Part shown: one piece after another, positions 39,966 to 49,722 of the stretch
Position numbering within the stretch: position 1 is the stretch's first letter
How the letters are laid out: every line of letters begins with the position of its first letter
Assembly (NCBI GenBank): GCA_965262505.1
Contig: CBDHFM010000030.1
Location: 1,803,244 to 1,867,243, forward strand
From: Vicinamibacterales bacterium
GTDB taxonomy: Bacteria > Acidobacteriota > Vicinamibacteria > Vicinamibacterales > UBA2999
Direction of reading: 5' to 3'
Length of the DNA: 64,000 bases
Made by a program: the position numbers and the translations under genes
Notes under the pieces: model-generated
What the model was told of the DNA's origin: nothing
Database searches by the model: none
The model's input: only the letters and a program-made list of their open reading frames with translations

Positions 39966-41716
39966 GACGCAGCCAGCTCCTCTTCCAGTAGCTGCTTCCG
40001 GTACAGTTCGGCGTAGACCCCATTGGCGGCCACGAGCTGGTCGTGAGTGCCGCGCTCCACGATACAGCCGTCGGCACAGACGAGAATCTGATCGGCGGAT
40101 CGAACCGTCGACACACGGTGCGACACGATGATCGACGTGCGCTGGCGCATCACCCCCGACAACCGACGGAGAATCTCCTCCTCCGTATAGGTATCCACCG
40201 CCGACAGGGCGTCGTCGAGGATGAGGACCTTCGGATCGACCATCAGTGCACGCGCGATGGCCGTGCGCTGCTTCTGCCCACCCGACAGCGTGATGCCACG
40301 CTCACCGATGATCGTGTCGTAGCCCCCTGGCAGATCGGCCAGATCCTTGTCGAGCCGCGCCACGGCCGCGGCCTCCTCGACGTGCGACCGCCGGTCCTGG
40401 TCGCCGCGAGCGCCGAACGCGATGTTCTCCGCGATCGTCGCGCCGAACAGAAACGGTTCCTGCGGCACGAAGCCGATGGCGCCCCGGAGTACCGGCAACG
40501 GGATCTGGCGTACGTCCACGCCGTCGACGAACACCGTGCCCGCTGGAGGCTCATGGAGGCGCGCCAGGAGGCTCAGCAAGGTCGACTTGCCGGACCCCGT
40601 CGGACCAACGATGGCGGTCGTCGTCCCGGCGGGCAGCACCGCGGAGACATCGCGCAACACGACGGCGTCGCCATACGCGAAGGTGAGATGACGGAACTCG
40701 AGGTGACCGGCGATCGCGTGTGCCGCGTCCACGAGCTGCAGCGTCTCCTCCGCATCCGCGACGTCGGGGCGGCTGTCCAGGACTTCAAGAATCCTCTTCC
40801 ACGACGCCATGCCGCGCTGCAACAGGTTCGTGACCCATCCGAACGCGATCATCGGCCAGGTCAGCATCACGAGGTACGCGTTGAACGCGACCAGTTCGCC
40901 GACCGTCATCTGCCCCGCCACCACCGCCCGACTGCCGAGCCACAGCACGAGGAGCGCGCCGATGCCCATCAGGAATCCCATGCTCGGGAAGTACATCGCC
41001 TGGACGCGGATCAACCACTTGTTGCGCCGTACATACTCTTCGTTGGCGAGCCTGAAGCGCTCGGTCTCAAAGGGTTCCTGGCGGTACGCCCGCACGACGC
41101 GCACGCCGGACAATGTCTCCTGCGTCATCGCACTGATCTCTGACAATTGCTCCTGGATGCGCTCGAACCGCCGGTGGATGATGGTCCCGAAGTACGAGAC
41201 GAACAGGGAGACCAAAGGCAGCGGGACCAACGCGAACAACGTCAACCGAACGTTGATCGAGAGCATGAGCCCGATCGCCACGACAAAGGTGAGCACCGTC
41301 ATGGCGGAGTACATGATGGCGGGTCCGATCATCATGCGCACGGCGCCAAGGTCGTTGGTCGCGCGTGACATGAGGTCTCCAGTGCGGTGGCGCTGGAAGT
41401 ACGCGAGATCGAGCCGCTGCAGGTGCGCGAAGAAGTCGTTGCGGAGGTCGTACTCGATGTCGCGGGAGGCGCCGATGATGATCCGGCGCGACAGAAATCG
41501 GAACACGCCTCCGACGGCGGCGAGCGCCAGCAGCACCATCGCATAGAAGCGGATCGTGCCCGCATCCACGGCGAGCATGAGATCGTCGACGGCGTACTTC
41601 AGCACCCAGGGCCCGGCGAGTCCCACGGCGGCAGTGGCGAAGACGCACACGAGGCCGAGCAGAAACGAGCGGCGATACCTGAGGACGTAGCCCAGCAGCC
41701 GGCGGGCAGGGGTCAT
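39962..41716 (-). CDS. ABC exporter, fused TMD-NBD subunit 1
   Basis: GPTGSGKST, LSGGQKQR, ILDDALSAVD (degenerate site of a heterodimeric exporter); overlaps its partner. Confidence 0.93.
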   Translation of the reverse strand: MTPARRLLGYVLRYRRSFLLGLVCVFATAAVGLAGPWVLKYAVDDLMLAVDAGTIRFYAMVLLALAAVGGVFRFLSRRIIIGASRDIEYDLRNDFFAHLQRLDLAYFQRHRTGDLMSRATNDLGAVRMMIGPAIMYSAMTVLTFVVAIGLMLSINVRLTLFALVPLPLVSLFVSYFGTIIHRRFERIQEQLSEISAMTQETLSGVRVVRAYRQEPFETERFRLANEEYVRRNKWLIRVQAMYFPSMGFLMGIGALLVLWLGSRAVVAGQMTVGELVAFNAYLVMLTWPMIAFGWVTNLLQRGMASWKRILEVLDSRPDVADAEETLQLVDAAHAIAGHLEFRHLTFAYGDAVVLRDVSAVLPAGTTTAIVGPTGSGKSTLLSLLARLHEPPAGTVFVDGVDVRQIPLPVLRGAIGFVPQEPFLFGATIAENIAFGARGDQDRRSHVEEAAAVARLDKDLADLPGGYDTIIGERGITLSGGQKQRTAIARALMVDPKVLILDDALSAVDTYTEEEILRRLSGVMRQRTSIIVSHRVSTVRSADQILVCADGCIVERGTHDQLVAANGVYAELYRKQLLEEELAAS

Positions 41717-41722
41717 CGTTTG

Positions 41723-42481
41723 CTACTTATTGGTCCCTTCGACCTGCGTTTTCCTTGCCACCATCAGCAGGGAACTTCCAAACGGCATGGGCAGGCGGCG
41801 CGCGAGTGCCGCTTCCCCCCTCACCAGTCCGCTGAGGATCGCGTTGACAGGCGCTGCCGGCACGGTCAGGTTCGCATCGCCGCTCGGCTCACGAAGCGGC
41901 CGCAGCATCCGCTGGACCGTTCGAGCCGCCAGGATCATCGGCACGAGCGATGCGAACATGTACGCGATTCGCACGGCCTCCAGGCCGGCGTCCTCGACGA
42001 GCCGCGCGCCACTCAGAAGCGTATAGCGGCGCTGTTCGCCCCACACGTCGCTGTGCTCGCCGCGCAGGAATTTCAGGGCGGTTACGTTCATGACCAGGTA
42101 CCCGCCCGGCTTCAGCACCCGCGACATCTCGCGGAGCGCCTTGTGGTCGTCCGACACGCTGTGCACGACGTTGAACGACGTCACCAGATCGAAGCTACCC
42201 GACCGGAACGGAATGCGCTCCATGTCGGCGCGCACCAGCGGGACGCCTCGTGCGCGCGCGCGCTGGAGAGCGTCGGGGGTCATATCGAACGCGAAGGCCC
42301 GCCCGTACGGCTGCAACAGCGTCTTCAGGTTGTACCCCGTCCCGCAGCCGCAATCGATCATGCGGAGGTCGCGCCGACCTGCGGCGATCTCGCGGACGAC
42401 CGGCGCGACGTACGCGCGAAACCCGCGGAACCAGAAGTGCGTCGGCTCCGCGCGAGCCGTCAGCTCGAGGTTGTAGCCCAT
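41723..42481 (-). CDS. Class I SAM-dependent methyltransferase
   Basis: MIDCGCGTG, ADMERIPF..GSFDLV and VLKPGG. Confidence 0.9.
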   Translation of the reverse strand: MGYNLELTARAEPTHFWFRGFRAYVAPVVREIAAGRRDLRMIDCGCGTGYNLKTLLQPYGRAFAFDMTPDALQRARARGVPLVRADMERIPFRSGSFDLVTSFNVVHSVSDDHKALREMSRVLKPGGYLVMNVTALKFLRGEHSDVWGEQRRYTLLSGARLVEDAGLEAVRIAYMFASLVPMILAARTVQRMLRPLREPSGDANLTVPAAPVNAILSGLVRGEAALARRLPMPFGSSLLMVARKTQVEGTNK

Positions 42482-42484
42482 CGA

Positions 42485-44851
42485 TCAGCGAGGCATCGGC
42501 GCCGCGCTGAGACTGCCGCCGTCGTACAAGCGCCGGTAGTCCTCGGCCGTCCCGAGAATCCGTTTCACGTAGTTCTGCGTTTCCGGGAACGGAATGTCGT
42601 CGATGAACTCATCCTGCTCGAACCCGGGACGCTCGGCGATCCAGCGTGCGATGCGGCGCTCGCCCGCGTTGTAGCTCGCCAGCGCGTAATGCGCGCCGCC
42701 GAATCGATTCATCAAGTCCTTGAAGTAGCGCATGCCGAGCCGGATATTCGTTTCCGGCTGCGTCAGGATCCGGCGCGAGTAGCGAATGCCGAGCCTGGCG
42801 GCGTAGCGCCGTGCTGTTCCTGGAATGAGCTGCATGAGGCCCACCGCGTTGGCCGAGGAGCGGACATCCGCGGTGAACGTCGACTCCTGGGCGACGAGCG
42901 CGGTCATCAGATAGGGGTCGAGGTCATGGGCGTCCGAGTACTGCTTGATGAGCGGCCAGTACTCGAGCGGAAAGATGATACGAAGGACGTCCGGCGGGAG
43001 CTGTTCCCCACCAGCAGCCATGAACTGCGGGTAGGCGCGCCGCATGATCGTAATCGCGCCTCGCAGGTCCAGGAAGCGGTCGGGCGCCTGCGCCTGCAGG
43101 GCGCGATGGTGACGGAGCCAGGCCTCCGTGGCCTGCAGCACCGATGAGTCCCCCCACGCGCGCCTCGCGTACTCGGTTTCCTGGAGCGCCTGGTCGTACA
43201 GCTCGAGCGACGCGAGGACGCGAATGACCATGGCGTTGGGCACGAGCGCCTCCGGTGCCGTGTCGACGGGGCTTGTGATAGGACCGGTGACGACGATCGG
43301 CCGGACGGGCGCCTCGCCGCGCGCGGCCAGCACCTTCGACACCAGACGGCCGTAGTAGGAGTTCAGGTAATCGCCGGCGACGACGCGGTACAGCGCGGCG
43401 GCGGCAGACCCCTCACCCAGCCGGTCGCGTGACCGCGCGGCCCAATAGAGCCACGACGGGCGGTAATTCGCCCGCGGAGAGGCGACGGCCGCCGCCTCGA
43501 ATGTGGCAGCCGCCTCCTCGAACCGGTCGTTCTTGTACGCCAGCCAGCCGATCTCCCAGGCGGCGCGGTCCGCGTACCGCCCGCGCGGAAAACGTCGGAC
43601 CAGTTCCCGGAAGACGCCATCCGCCTCTTCCTCGTCATCGAGTGTGATGTAGTGCGACGCGAGATTATTGAGCGTCTGCTCGGCCCAGCGGCTCTCGGGA
43701 TGATCGGCGGCCAGGCCCCGCGCGAGCGCGACGTAGCGGTCGTGAAGGCCGAGCGCCCGGGTGGCCGTCAGGTAGAAGAAACGCGCCTCGGCTTCCCGCG
43801 ATGCCTGCTGCCGATAGGGTTCGAGCGCGTCCCGCGCCGCACGATGCCGATTGAGATAGTGGTCGCATTCAGCAAGCCGCAGCGCCACCAGCTCCCGATC
43901 GTCGCCCATCGCCAGCGGCAGGAGCGGCGCGAATCCTGCGCGAGCGTCCTCCCAGCGACGGGCCTCGAACAACGTCTCGGCGCGGGCCAGCTCGCGCTGG
44001 AAGCGGTCCGCCGGGGCAAGCGGCGGCATCTTCAACTCTGCGATGGCAGCCTCTGCCTCCAACGCCTGCTCGCTGAGCGGAAACTCGTAGTAGACGCGCT
44101 GATAGGTCCGCTGCGCCTGCTCGGGTTCGCCCGCCGCCTCCAGCGCGGCGCCGAGGCGCATCAGCACCTCTTCGGGCGCGACGAGCGTTTCGTCGCTCGC
44201 CCGCTCCAGGATGCCGACGGCCTCCTCCGGGTCGTCGCGCGAAAGCGCCGCCTCGGTCATCCGAAGCGGCAGCGCCTCCTGCAGGTAGCCCTCCACGCGC
44301 CCGTCCAGCGCCGCGAACGTTGTGGCCGCCTCGTCGGCGCGCCCCAGGCCGAGCATCGCGACGCCGGCATAGTACCGAGCGTACTGCGCGAGCGGCGTCG
44401 CACCCACCGCGGCATTGTTGACGAGCGCGAGGCCGCCCACGAAATCTTCGTCAGCGAGCAACGCCACACCGCGCGCGAACTGCGTGAGGCCGATGGCCGG
44501 CGCCTGACGCGCGGCGCCTGAGGAGGAGGAGGAAGTAGAGGAGGAAGTGGAGGCCGGCGGTTCGGGAACCAGCCAGTACAGCGACGGATCGGCAGGCACG
44601 GGCGGATGCAACGTCGTCGTTACTGGCGTCGCTGTCGGCACCGCCGTCACTGCCGGCGACCCCGCCGCGCTGCCGGCAGTGCTATCGACCGGGGAACCGC
44701 CCTGGGCGCCGGGGGCGGCGTTGACCTCGGTGCCAACCCCGAGGCTGACCCCGAGGCTGACCCCGACGCCGACCCCGGAGCCAACCCCGGAGACAACATA
44801 GAGCGGCACGGCAACCGCGCCCACCGCCATCACCGCCAGACGCCTCACCAT
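42485..44851 (-). CDS. TPR-containing soluble lytic transglycosylase (Slt-like)
   Basis: C-terminal SLT domain (QESTF, AVGLMQL, LASYNAG, ETQNYV) after TPR repeats; real start ATG 44851 overlaps the upstream stop (TGATG). Confidence 0.9.
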   Translation of the reverse strand: MVRRLAVMAVGAVAVPLYVVSGVGSGVGVGVSLGVSLGVGTEVNAAPGAQGGSPVDSTAGSAAGSPAVTAVPTATPVTTTLHPPVPADPSLYWLVPEPPASTSSSTSSSSSGAARQAPAIGLTQFARGVALLADEDFVGGLALVNNAAVGATPLAQYARYYAGVAMLGLGRADEAATTFAALDGRVEGYLQEALPLRMTEAALSRDDPEEAVGILERASDETLVAPEEVLMRLGAALEAAGEPEQAQRTYQRVYYEFPLSEQALEAEAAIAELKMPPLAPADRFQRELARAETLFEARRWEDARAGFAPLLPLAMGDDRELVALRLAECDHYLNRHRAARDALEPYRQQASREAEARFFYLTATRALGLHDRYVALARGLAADHPESRWAEQTLNNLASHYITLDDEEEADGVFRELVRRFPRGRYADRAAWEIGWLAYKNDRFEEAAATFEAAAVASPRANYRPSWLYWAARSRDRLGEGSAAAALYRVVAGDYLNSYYGRLVSKVLAARGEAPVRPIVVTGPITSPVDTAPEALVPNAMVIRVLASLELYDQALQETEYARRAWGDSSVLQATEAWLRHHRALQAQAPDRFLDLRGAITIMRRAYPQFMAAGGEQLPPDVLRIIFPLEYWPLIKQYSDAHDLDPYLMTALVAQESTFTADVRSSANAVGLMQLIPGTARRYAARLGIRYSRRILTQPETNIRLGMRYFKDLMNRFGGAHYALASYNAGERRIARWIAERPGFEQDEFIDDIPFPETQNYVKRILGTAEDYRRLYDGGSLSAAPMPR

Positions 44852-46164
44852 CAGTCGAAGACCGGCGCCGGGAAAAGGATGCCGCCGAACAGCAGGTACG
44901 CCACCACCAGCGTCACCGCGATGTTGAAGGCCTGGGCCCCGAGGAACGCGTAGGCCGGCCGGCCGCCGCCGGTCTTGACCAGCTCGCCCACTGATGTTTC
45001 CAGGCCGATCGAGAGGAAGGCCATCGCGAACCAGGCAGTGCGCACCGCGCCCAGCACGCCCCGTGTGTCGGTCACGTAACGATCCGCCAGGACGAACGAG
45101 AAGACCAGCGACGCCCCCAGGAACCCCAGAACGAACTTGGGAAATCGCTCCCAGATGACCGCCACGCTCGCCTGTTCCCTGGCAGATCCGCCGCGGCGCA
45201 CCGACCACCAGACCGTCAGGATGAATGCCGCGATGCCGATCAGCACGTTCTGCGAGAGCTTCACGACGACAGCCGCGTTCCGGGCCTGCTCGCTGACGAG
45301 CTCGCCCGCCGCCACCACCGACGCGCTGTTGTCGATCGTGCCGCCGAGCCACGCGCCCGCGACCGCATCGGGCATGCCGACCACCCTGACAATCCACGGC
45401 ATCACGAGGATCATCGGCACCGCGACGATCAGCACCAGCGACGTGACATACGACAGCTTCTTCCGGTCGCCCTGTATCGCACCGCACGTCGCAATCGCGG
45501 CGGATACTCCGCAGATCGACACCGCCGACGACATCATCGTCGCCAGCTCGTCGTCCACATGAAAACGCTTCGCCAGCCAGAAGCAGAACGTCCAGACACT
45601 GAGCACGACCAGCAGCGCCTGAGCGACCCCGAGCAGGCCGGCGTCGACCAGCTGCGGGAAAAGGACGCGCGTGCCAAGGATGACCAGCCCGATCTTGATG
45701 TAGTACTCGGTCCGCACCGCCTCGGCGAACCGGCGGCCGAGCGGCGTCGTGTGCCCGAGCAGGAGTCCGATGACAAGTGCGTAGATCACGTATTCGAGTC
45801 CGATGGCGGTCGAGCCCGCATAGCCGGCCAGGATCAGCGAGACAGACGCCAGTCCGTACAGCACGGCAAATCCGACCATGAAGGGGACGAGCCGCGCACC
45901 CATCAGCCGTGCGCCTACGGCAGCGGGGACTAGGATGAGGACGCCAAGTTGCAGCCAGTGCCACACATTGGCTGCGGCGAAGACCGTGGCGGCGAGGTCT
46001 GCCGCCCCGCTCCAGCCAAATTGGGGTACGTCAGGACGTACGCCGACGATGACGAGGGCGATAAGGGCGGCTGCGATCCAGACAGCCACCCAGTCCTCGT
46101 TGTAAGGCGCACCGGTTCGGGGCTTCTCAGCGTCGGGCGGAGCCGTTGTGGACATCCGCGTCAT
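44851..46164 (-). CDS. YeiH/UPF0324 putative sulfate exporter family membrane protein
   Basis: EYYIKIGLVILG, SICGVSAAIA, GAWLGGTID and KLSQNVLIG with many TM helices. Confidence 0.88.
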   Translation of the reverse strand: MTRMSTTAPPDAEKPRTGAPYNEDWVAVWIAAALIALVIVGVRPDVPQFGWSGAADLAATVFAAANVWHWLQLGVLILVPAAVGARLMGARLVPFMVGFAVLYGLASVSLILAGYAGSTAIGLEYVIYALVIGLLLGHTTPLGRRFAEAVRTEYYIKIGLVILGTRVLFPQLVDAGLLGVAQALLVVLSVWTFCFWLAKRFHVDDELATMMSSAVSICGVSAAIATCGAIQGDRKKLSYVTSLVLIVAVPMILVMPWIVRVVGMPDAVAGAWLGGTIDNSASVVAAGELVSEQARNAAVVVKLSQNVLIGIAAFILTVWWSVRRGGSAREQASVAVIWERFPKFVLGFLGASLVFSFVLADRYVTDTRGVLGAVRTAWFAMAFLSIGLETSVGELVKTGGGRPAYAFLGAQAFNIAVTLVVAYLLFGGILFPAPVFD

Positions 46165-46190
46165 GTTGACATCTTTCTAACCGCTGCACC

Positions 46191-46350
46191 GCAAATCCGG
46201 CCATGAAGAGGGCGAGCCGCGCGCCAGGGGCGACGGGGATGAGAGGGAGCACGCCAAGCTGCAGCCAGTGCGACACATTGGCCGCTGCGAAGACCGTGAT
46301 TGGAGAGATCCGCTGCCGCGCTCCAGACGAATCAGGAGGATGCGTACTGC
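46191..46350 (-). pseudogene. Diverged partial duplicate of the 5' part of the YeiH-family gene
   Basis: CAAATCCGGCCATGAAG...CACGCCAAGCTGCAGCCAGTGCGACACATTGGCCGCTGCGAAGACCGTG aligns with about 45867-46040. Confidence 0.7.
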
Positions 46351-46447
46351 TTCAATTACGAAATTGAAATTAAAGTCCTACCCTGTCATACGTTGACATG
46401 TTTCTGCACCATGAAGTAGCCTCAGTTCGTTCCAAACTTCCCAAATC

Positions 46448-48328
46448 GTGAGGATCCCGCCGCGGTCCTACTACGAAGGAGAATCCCCCGATGACACGCA
46501 CACCGCCGACCCGCTTGGCTCGATCGCGAACGGTCCGTTTTCTGACGATCGTTTTTGCGTTAGTTTTCCGCTGAACACCCCGCTGCTGGGACAGACGGCA
46601 CTGCCCGACAGCATCTTCATCGACTCAGGGGCCATCTGCACAGGGGGCAGCGAAACGTTCCCCGTCAAGATTACCCTTCCCCCCGACAGCATCATCGACG
46701 AGGTGGACGTATTCTTTCTCTTCGATGATACGGGCAGCTTCGCCAGTTTCGTCCTGACCGTGACCGGCATTTTCAGCGGTCTCGTGGGGTCGCTCGAGAC
46801 CGCGTTGCCTACTGTGGAATTCGGCTTCGGCGTGGGGCGATTCGAGGATTGCGGCGGCGATGGCGACGGGTTTTCGGGTGAATTTCTTGACGGCCGCCCG
46901 TTTATCTTGAATCAGCCGATTGTGACGGCTGCAGATGCTGGCGGCCCTGCGGCCAGGGACCTGCTCATCGGTGACGCGCTCATCAACGAAGCACCGGGCT
47001 TCGGCGGCGACGGTCCGGAGTCGGACATCGAGACGCTGTCGCAGCTGGCGACCGGCGCCGGGTTCGACGGCAACGGCGACGGGGATACCACCGACAGCGG
47101 GGATGCGGGCGCGCTGGCGACGCAGACGGCGCCTGGAACGAGTGGAGACGTCCCCGCATTTTCGCCTTTGGCGGGCGGAGTGGTGAGCTCAGGAACGCTG
47201 GGAGGCGCCGGCTGGCGATCCGGTGCGCTGCACATCGTCATTCTGGCCACCGACACCTGTTCGGTTTCCCCGTTCCCCGTAGGCGGGATCCCCGCGACGA
47301 TTACCGGCGCGGGCGCTTCTTCGGAGCCGGTCACGGCGTTCGCCTGCACCTCGACCACACCGGGCTCTAGCCGGTTCGGATTCGTGAGCGATTCCAAGAC
47401 GTCGCCGGGTACCGTTGCGGGAGAGGTCGCCCCATCAGAGTCGGCAACGGTTCAGGCAACGGTGGATGCCCTGAACGCCTTGGGCATTCGCGTCATCGGC
47501 ATGGGCCCTGGAGCGTCTCCGACGGGGTCTCCCGGTCCGAGCTCTGGTGAAGACGTCCTCCTGTCGGCGCTCGCCCGCCTCACCGGCGCGGTTGACGGTT
47601 TGGGCAATCCGTTGGTCTTCAGCACGTCTGTTCCGCTCGGGGATTTGTCAGATGCCATCGAGGCTGCCATTGCGACGACCGTTACGGAGCCAGTGGACAT
47701 CACGTTGGCGGCCAGCGCCCTGCCGGCCGGGCTGTCGATGTCGTTCACGCCGAGCCAGGTGGATGACGTGCCGCCAGGCGGTATGGCGCCTTTTGATCTG
47801 ATCCTGACCGGGAACGGCGACCCGATTAACGGCACGCTCGACCTGGACTTTGTAGATGTGAACAGCGGCGCCGTGCTCGGCACGATCCCGGTGACGGTGG
47901 CATGCCCGATCGAGACGAATGCGGCGCCCATCTGCACCGACGCCACGGCAGACCCGTCCCAGCTGTGGCCGCCCAACCACAAGCTCGTGCCTGTCGGCAT
48001 CAGCGGCGTGACCGATCCTGACGGCGACGCGGTCACGATCGTTGCGACGTCCGTTACTCAAGACGAACAGACGACCGGGAAGGGACAGGGAGCCGGCAAC
48101 ACGTCCCCCGACGCCAGCATCGACGGCAACGGGGCTGTCGCCGTCCGCTCCGAGCGGAACGGCAACCCGAAGACCCCGGGCGACGGGCGCGTCTATCACA
48201 TCTCGTTCACGGCGACCGACCCGTCGGGTTTGGCCTGCTCGGGCATCGTGGACGTCTGCGTACCGCACGACCAGGGCAACGGCAACTCCTGCGTCGACGG
48301 CGGCCCGTTGTTCTCCTCAATCCCGTAG
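46448..48328 (+). CDS. vWA-domain protein with C-terminal LWPPNHK-type Ig-like domain
   Basis: MIDAS-like FLFDDTGS, GGDGPES and ILATD; acidic Gly/Thr-rich; Cys-containing C-terminal module; no clear signal peptide. Confidence 0.7.
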   Translation: MRIPPRSYYEGESPDDTHTADPLGSIANGPFSDDRFCVSFPLNTPLLGQTALPDSIFIDSGAICTGGSETFPVKITLPPDSIIDEVDVFFLFDDTGSFASFVLTVTGIFSGLVGSLETALPTVEFGFGVGRFEDCGGDGDGFSGEFLDGRPFILNQPIVTAADAGGPAARDLLIGDALINEAPGFGGDGPESDIETLSQLATGAGFDGNGDGDTTDSGDAGALATQTAPGTSGDVPAFSPLAGGVVSSGTLGGAGWRSGALHIVILATDTCSVSPFPVGGIPATITGAGASSEPVTAFACTSTTPGSSRFGFVSDSKTSPGTVAGEVAPSESATVQATVDALNALGIRVIGMGPGASPTGSPGPSSGEDVLLSALARLTGAVDGLGNPLVFSTSVPLGDLSDAIEAAIATTVTEPVDITLAASALPAGLSMSFTPSQVDDVPPGGMAPFDLILTGNGDPINGTLDLDFVDVNSGAVLGTIPVTVACPIETNAAPICTDATADPSQLWPPNHKLVPVGISGVTDPDGDAVTIVATSVTQDEQTTGKGQGAGNTSPDASIDGNGAVAVRSERNGNPKTPGDGRVYHISFTATDPSGLACSGIVDVCVPHDQGNGNSCVDGGPLFSSIP

Positions 48329-48357
48329 CCTCGCGGCTCACGGGCGGTTGTTGATTT

Positions 48358-48395
48358 CGGGGGCGCTCCGACGGGAGCGCCCCCGTCTTGTTTTC
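48358..48395 (+). terminator. Rho-independent terminator
   Basis: CGGGGGCGCTCC-GACG-GGAGCGCCCCCG stem followed by TCTTGTTTT. Confidence 0.85.
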
Positions 48396-48443
48396 GTTGA
48401 GCAACAAGTCACTAGCTGAGCCCTCGGTTTCGACTAGGCAGCA

Positions 48444-48578
48444 TTCGCGACCTGTCTCGGCGTGACGATTCCCGACGGGAAGATCAAAGTGCTGCACAAG
48501 TTGAGCGGTGTCCTGCCGTTCGCCACGTTCAAATCGACGATTGACGGCCTGCTGGCGAACCCGCCGACCGCCGAATAG
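48444..48578 (+). pseudogene. C-terminal remnant of a DsbA/thioredoxin-like protein
   Basis: Reads FATCLGVTIPDGKIKVLHKLSGVLPFATFKSTIDGLLANPPTAE*, like the G..PF..FK..ID..L end of DsbA proteins; no start codon. Confidence 0.55.
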
Positions 48579-48590
48579 AGGCCTCTGCGC

Positions 48591-49262
48591 GTGAGGGGAT
48601 CCCAGCCCCACCTGAGGCGGCGATGCCTTCTGCTCGGCGTCGCCGTGGCGCTCGCGCTTTCTGGCCGCACAGAGACTCCAAATGCGGCGCTGAGTGCAGC
48701 GCAGAGTGACGCCCAGCCTGACGCCGCGGCCCTCGTCGCGGCGATGCAGGACGGCGGCAAGGTTATCTTTCTGCGGCACGCGGCGACCAATTCCGACGAG
48801 ATCGACACCGGCCGGCTGGGCGACCGCGCCGGTCAGCGCAACCTCTCCGCGGCGGGCATCGAACAGGCGCGGGCCCTCGGGCCCGCGTTCGAGCGACTCG
48901 GCATCCCGCTTGGCGACATTCTCGCGAGTCCCGTCTTCCGTGCACGCGACACCGCCGAGCTGGCCTTCGGCGCCGGTCGCATTACGGTGACGATGGATCT
49001 CGTGGCTGACGATTACGCGGGCTCCGAGCTTCGGGCGATGCTCGACGGCTCCGCGCGGCTGCTCCGCACGCCGCCGCTGCCCGGCACGAACCGGCTCCTC
49101 ATCGGCCACCGGACACCGCTCCAGATGGTGACCGGATCCCGCTTTCCTGACAGCGTGCTGCCTGAAGGGGCCATGGCCGTCTTTCTGCCCGGCACCACGC
49201 CTCGCCTGCTGGGCACGATTTCCGCGGAGCGGCTGATCGAATCGGCCGCCGCTCGCCGCTGA
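48591..49262 (+). CDS. Secreted histidine phosphatase family protein
   Basis: Signal peptide, VIFLRHA, RNLS..G, SPVFRARDTA and LLIGH. Confidence 0.85.
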   Translation: MRGSQPHLRRRCLLLGVAVALALSGRTETPNAALSAAQSDAQPDAAALVAAMQDGGKVIFLRHAATNSDEIDTGRLGDRAGQRNLSAAGIEQARALGPAFERLGIPLGDILASPVFRARDTAELAFGAGRITVTMDLVADDYAGSELRAMLDGSARLLRTPPLPGTNRLLIGHRTPLQMVTGSRFPDSVLPEGAMAVFLPGTTPRLLGTISAERLIESAAARR

Positions 49263-49357
49263 CCGCTACCAGCAGGCCCAGTGGTGCTGGGCGGGGCGCG
49301 CCCGTGATGACGAGCCCGGATCACGTACAATGGGAGACGCGCTGCTGAGCCACTGTC

Positions 49358-49711
49358 GGGGGCGAAATTGGCTTCGACGGGGGTACTGAAGCGTGGGATG
49401 CATGCCGAGCTCCATTGACTCGTTAAACCGATGGAACATCCGTTAACTGCGGATACTCAGTACGCTCTCGCTGCTTAATAAGCAGTGAGCGTCTGCCCTG
49501 ACCTCGCCTGGTGGTTGGGGGCCAGATGTCATTAAGCAGGCTGGCGGTCAGGTGGCGGCTCGGCGCCTGGCCGTGAGATACACCGGGTCTGGTGCCCGGC
49601 GGTTTTCGCCGCTTCCTTGCGCCGGGGACGAGAACTTGAAAGCGGACACGCATGTAGAGTCCTGCGGGGACGTACTTTCGGACGCGGGTTCGACTCCCGC
49701 CGCCTCCACCA
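49358..49711 (+). ncRNA. ssrA: tmRNA; tag (A)ADTQYALAA
   Basis: GGGGGCG...TTCGAC 5' end, tag ORF 49449..49478 ending ALAA-TAA-TAA, T-arm GGTTCGACTCC and CGCCTCCACCA 3' end. Confidence 0.97.
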
Positions 49712-49722
49712 CCTAACTCGTT

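Noticed and set aside
41387-43147. 586-aa plus-strand ORF and similar long antisense ORFs (e.g. 38727..40016, 33231..34421, 15795..16955)
   Set aside because: They lie opposite well-supported genes and show typical shadow composition.
44852-45964. N-terminal 370 aa of the 1159-aa ORF 42485..45964
   Set aside because: It is an alternative-frame shadow of the YeiH-family gene; the real Slt start is ATG 44851 with a signal-like N-terminus.
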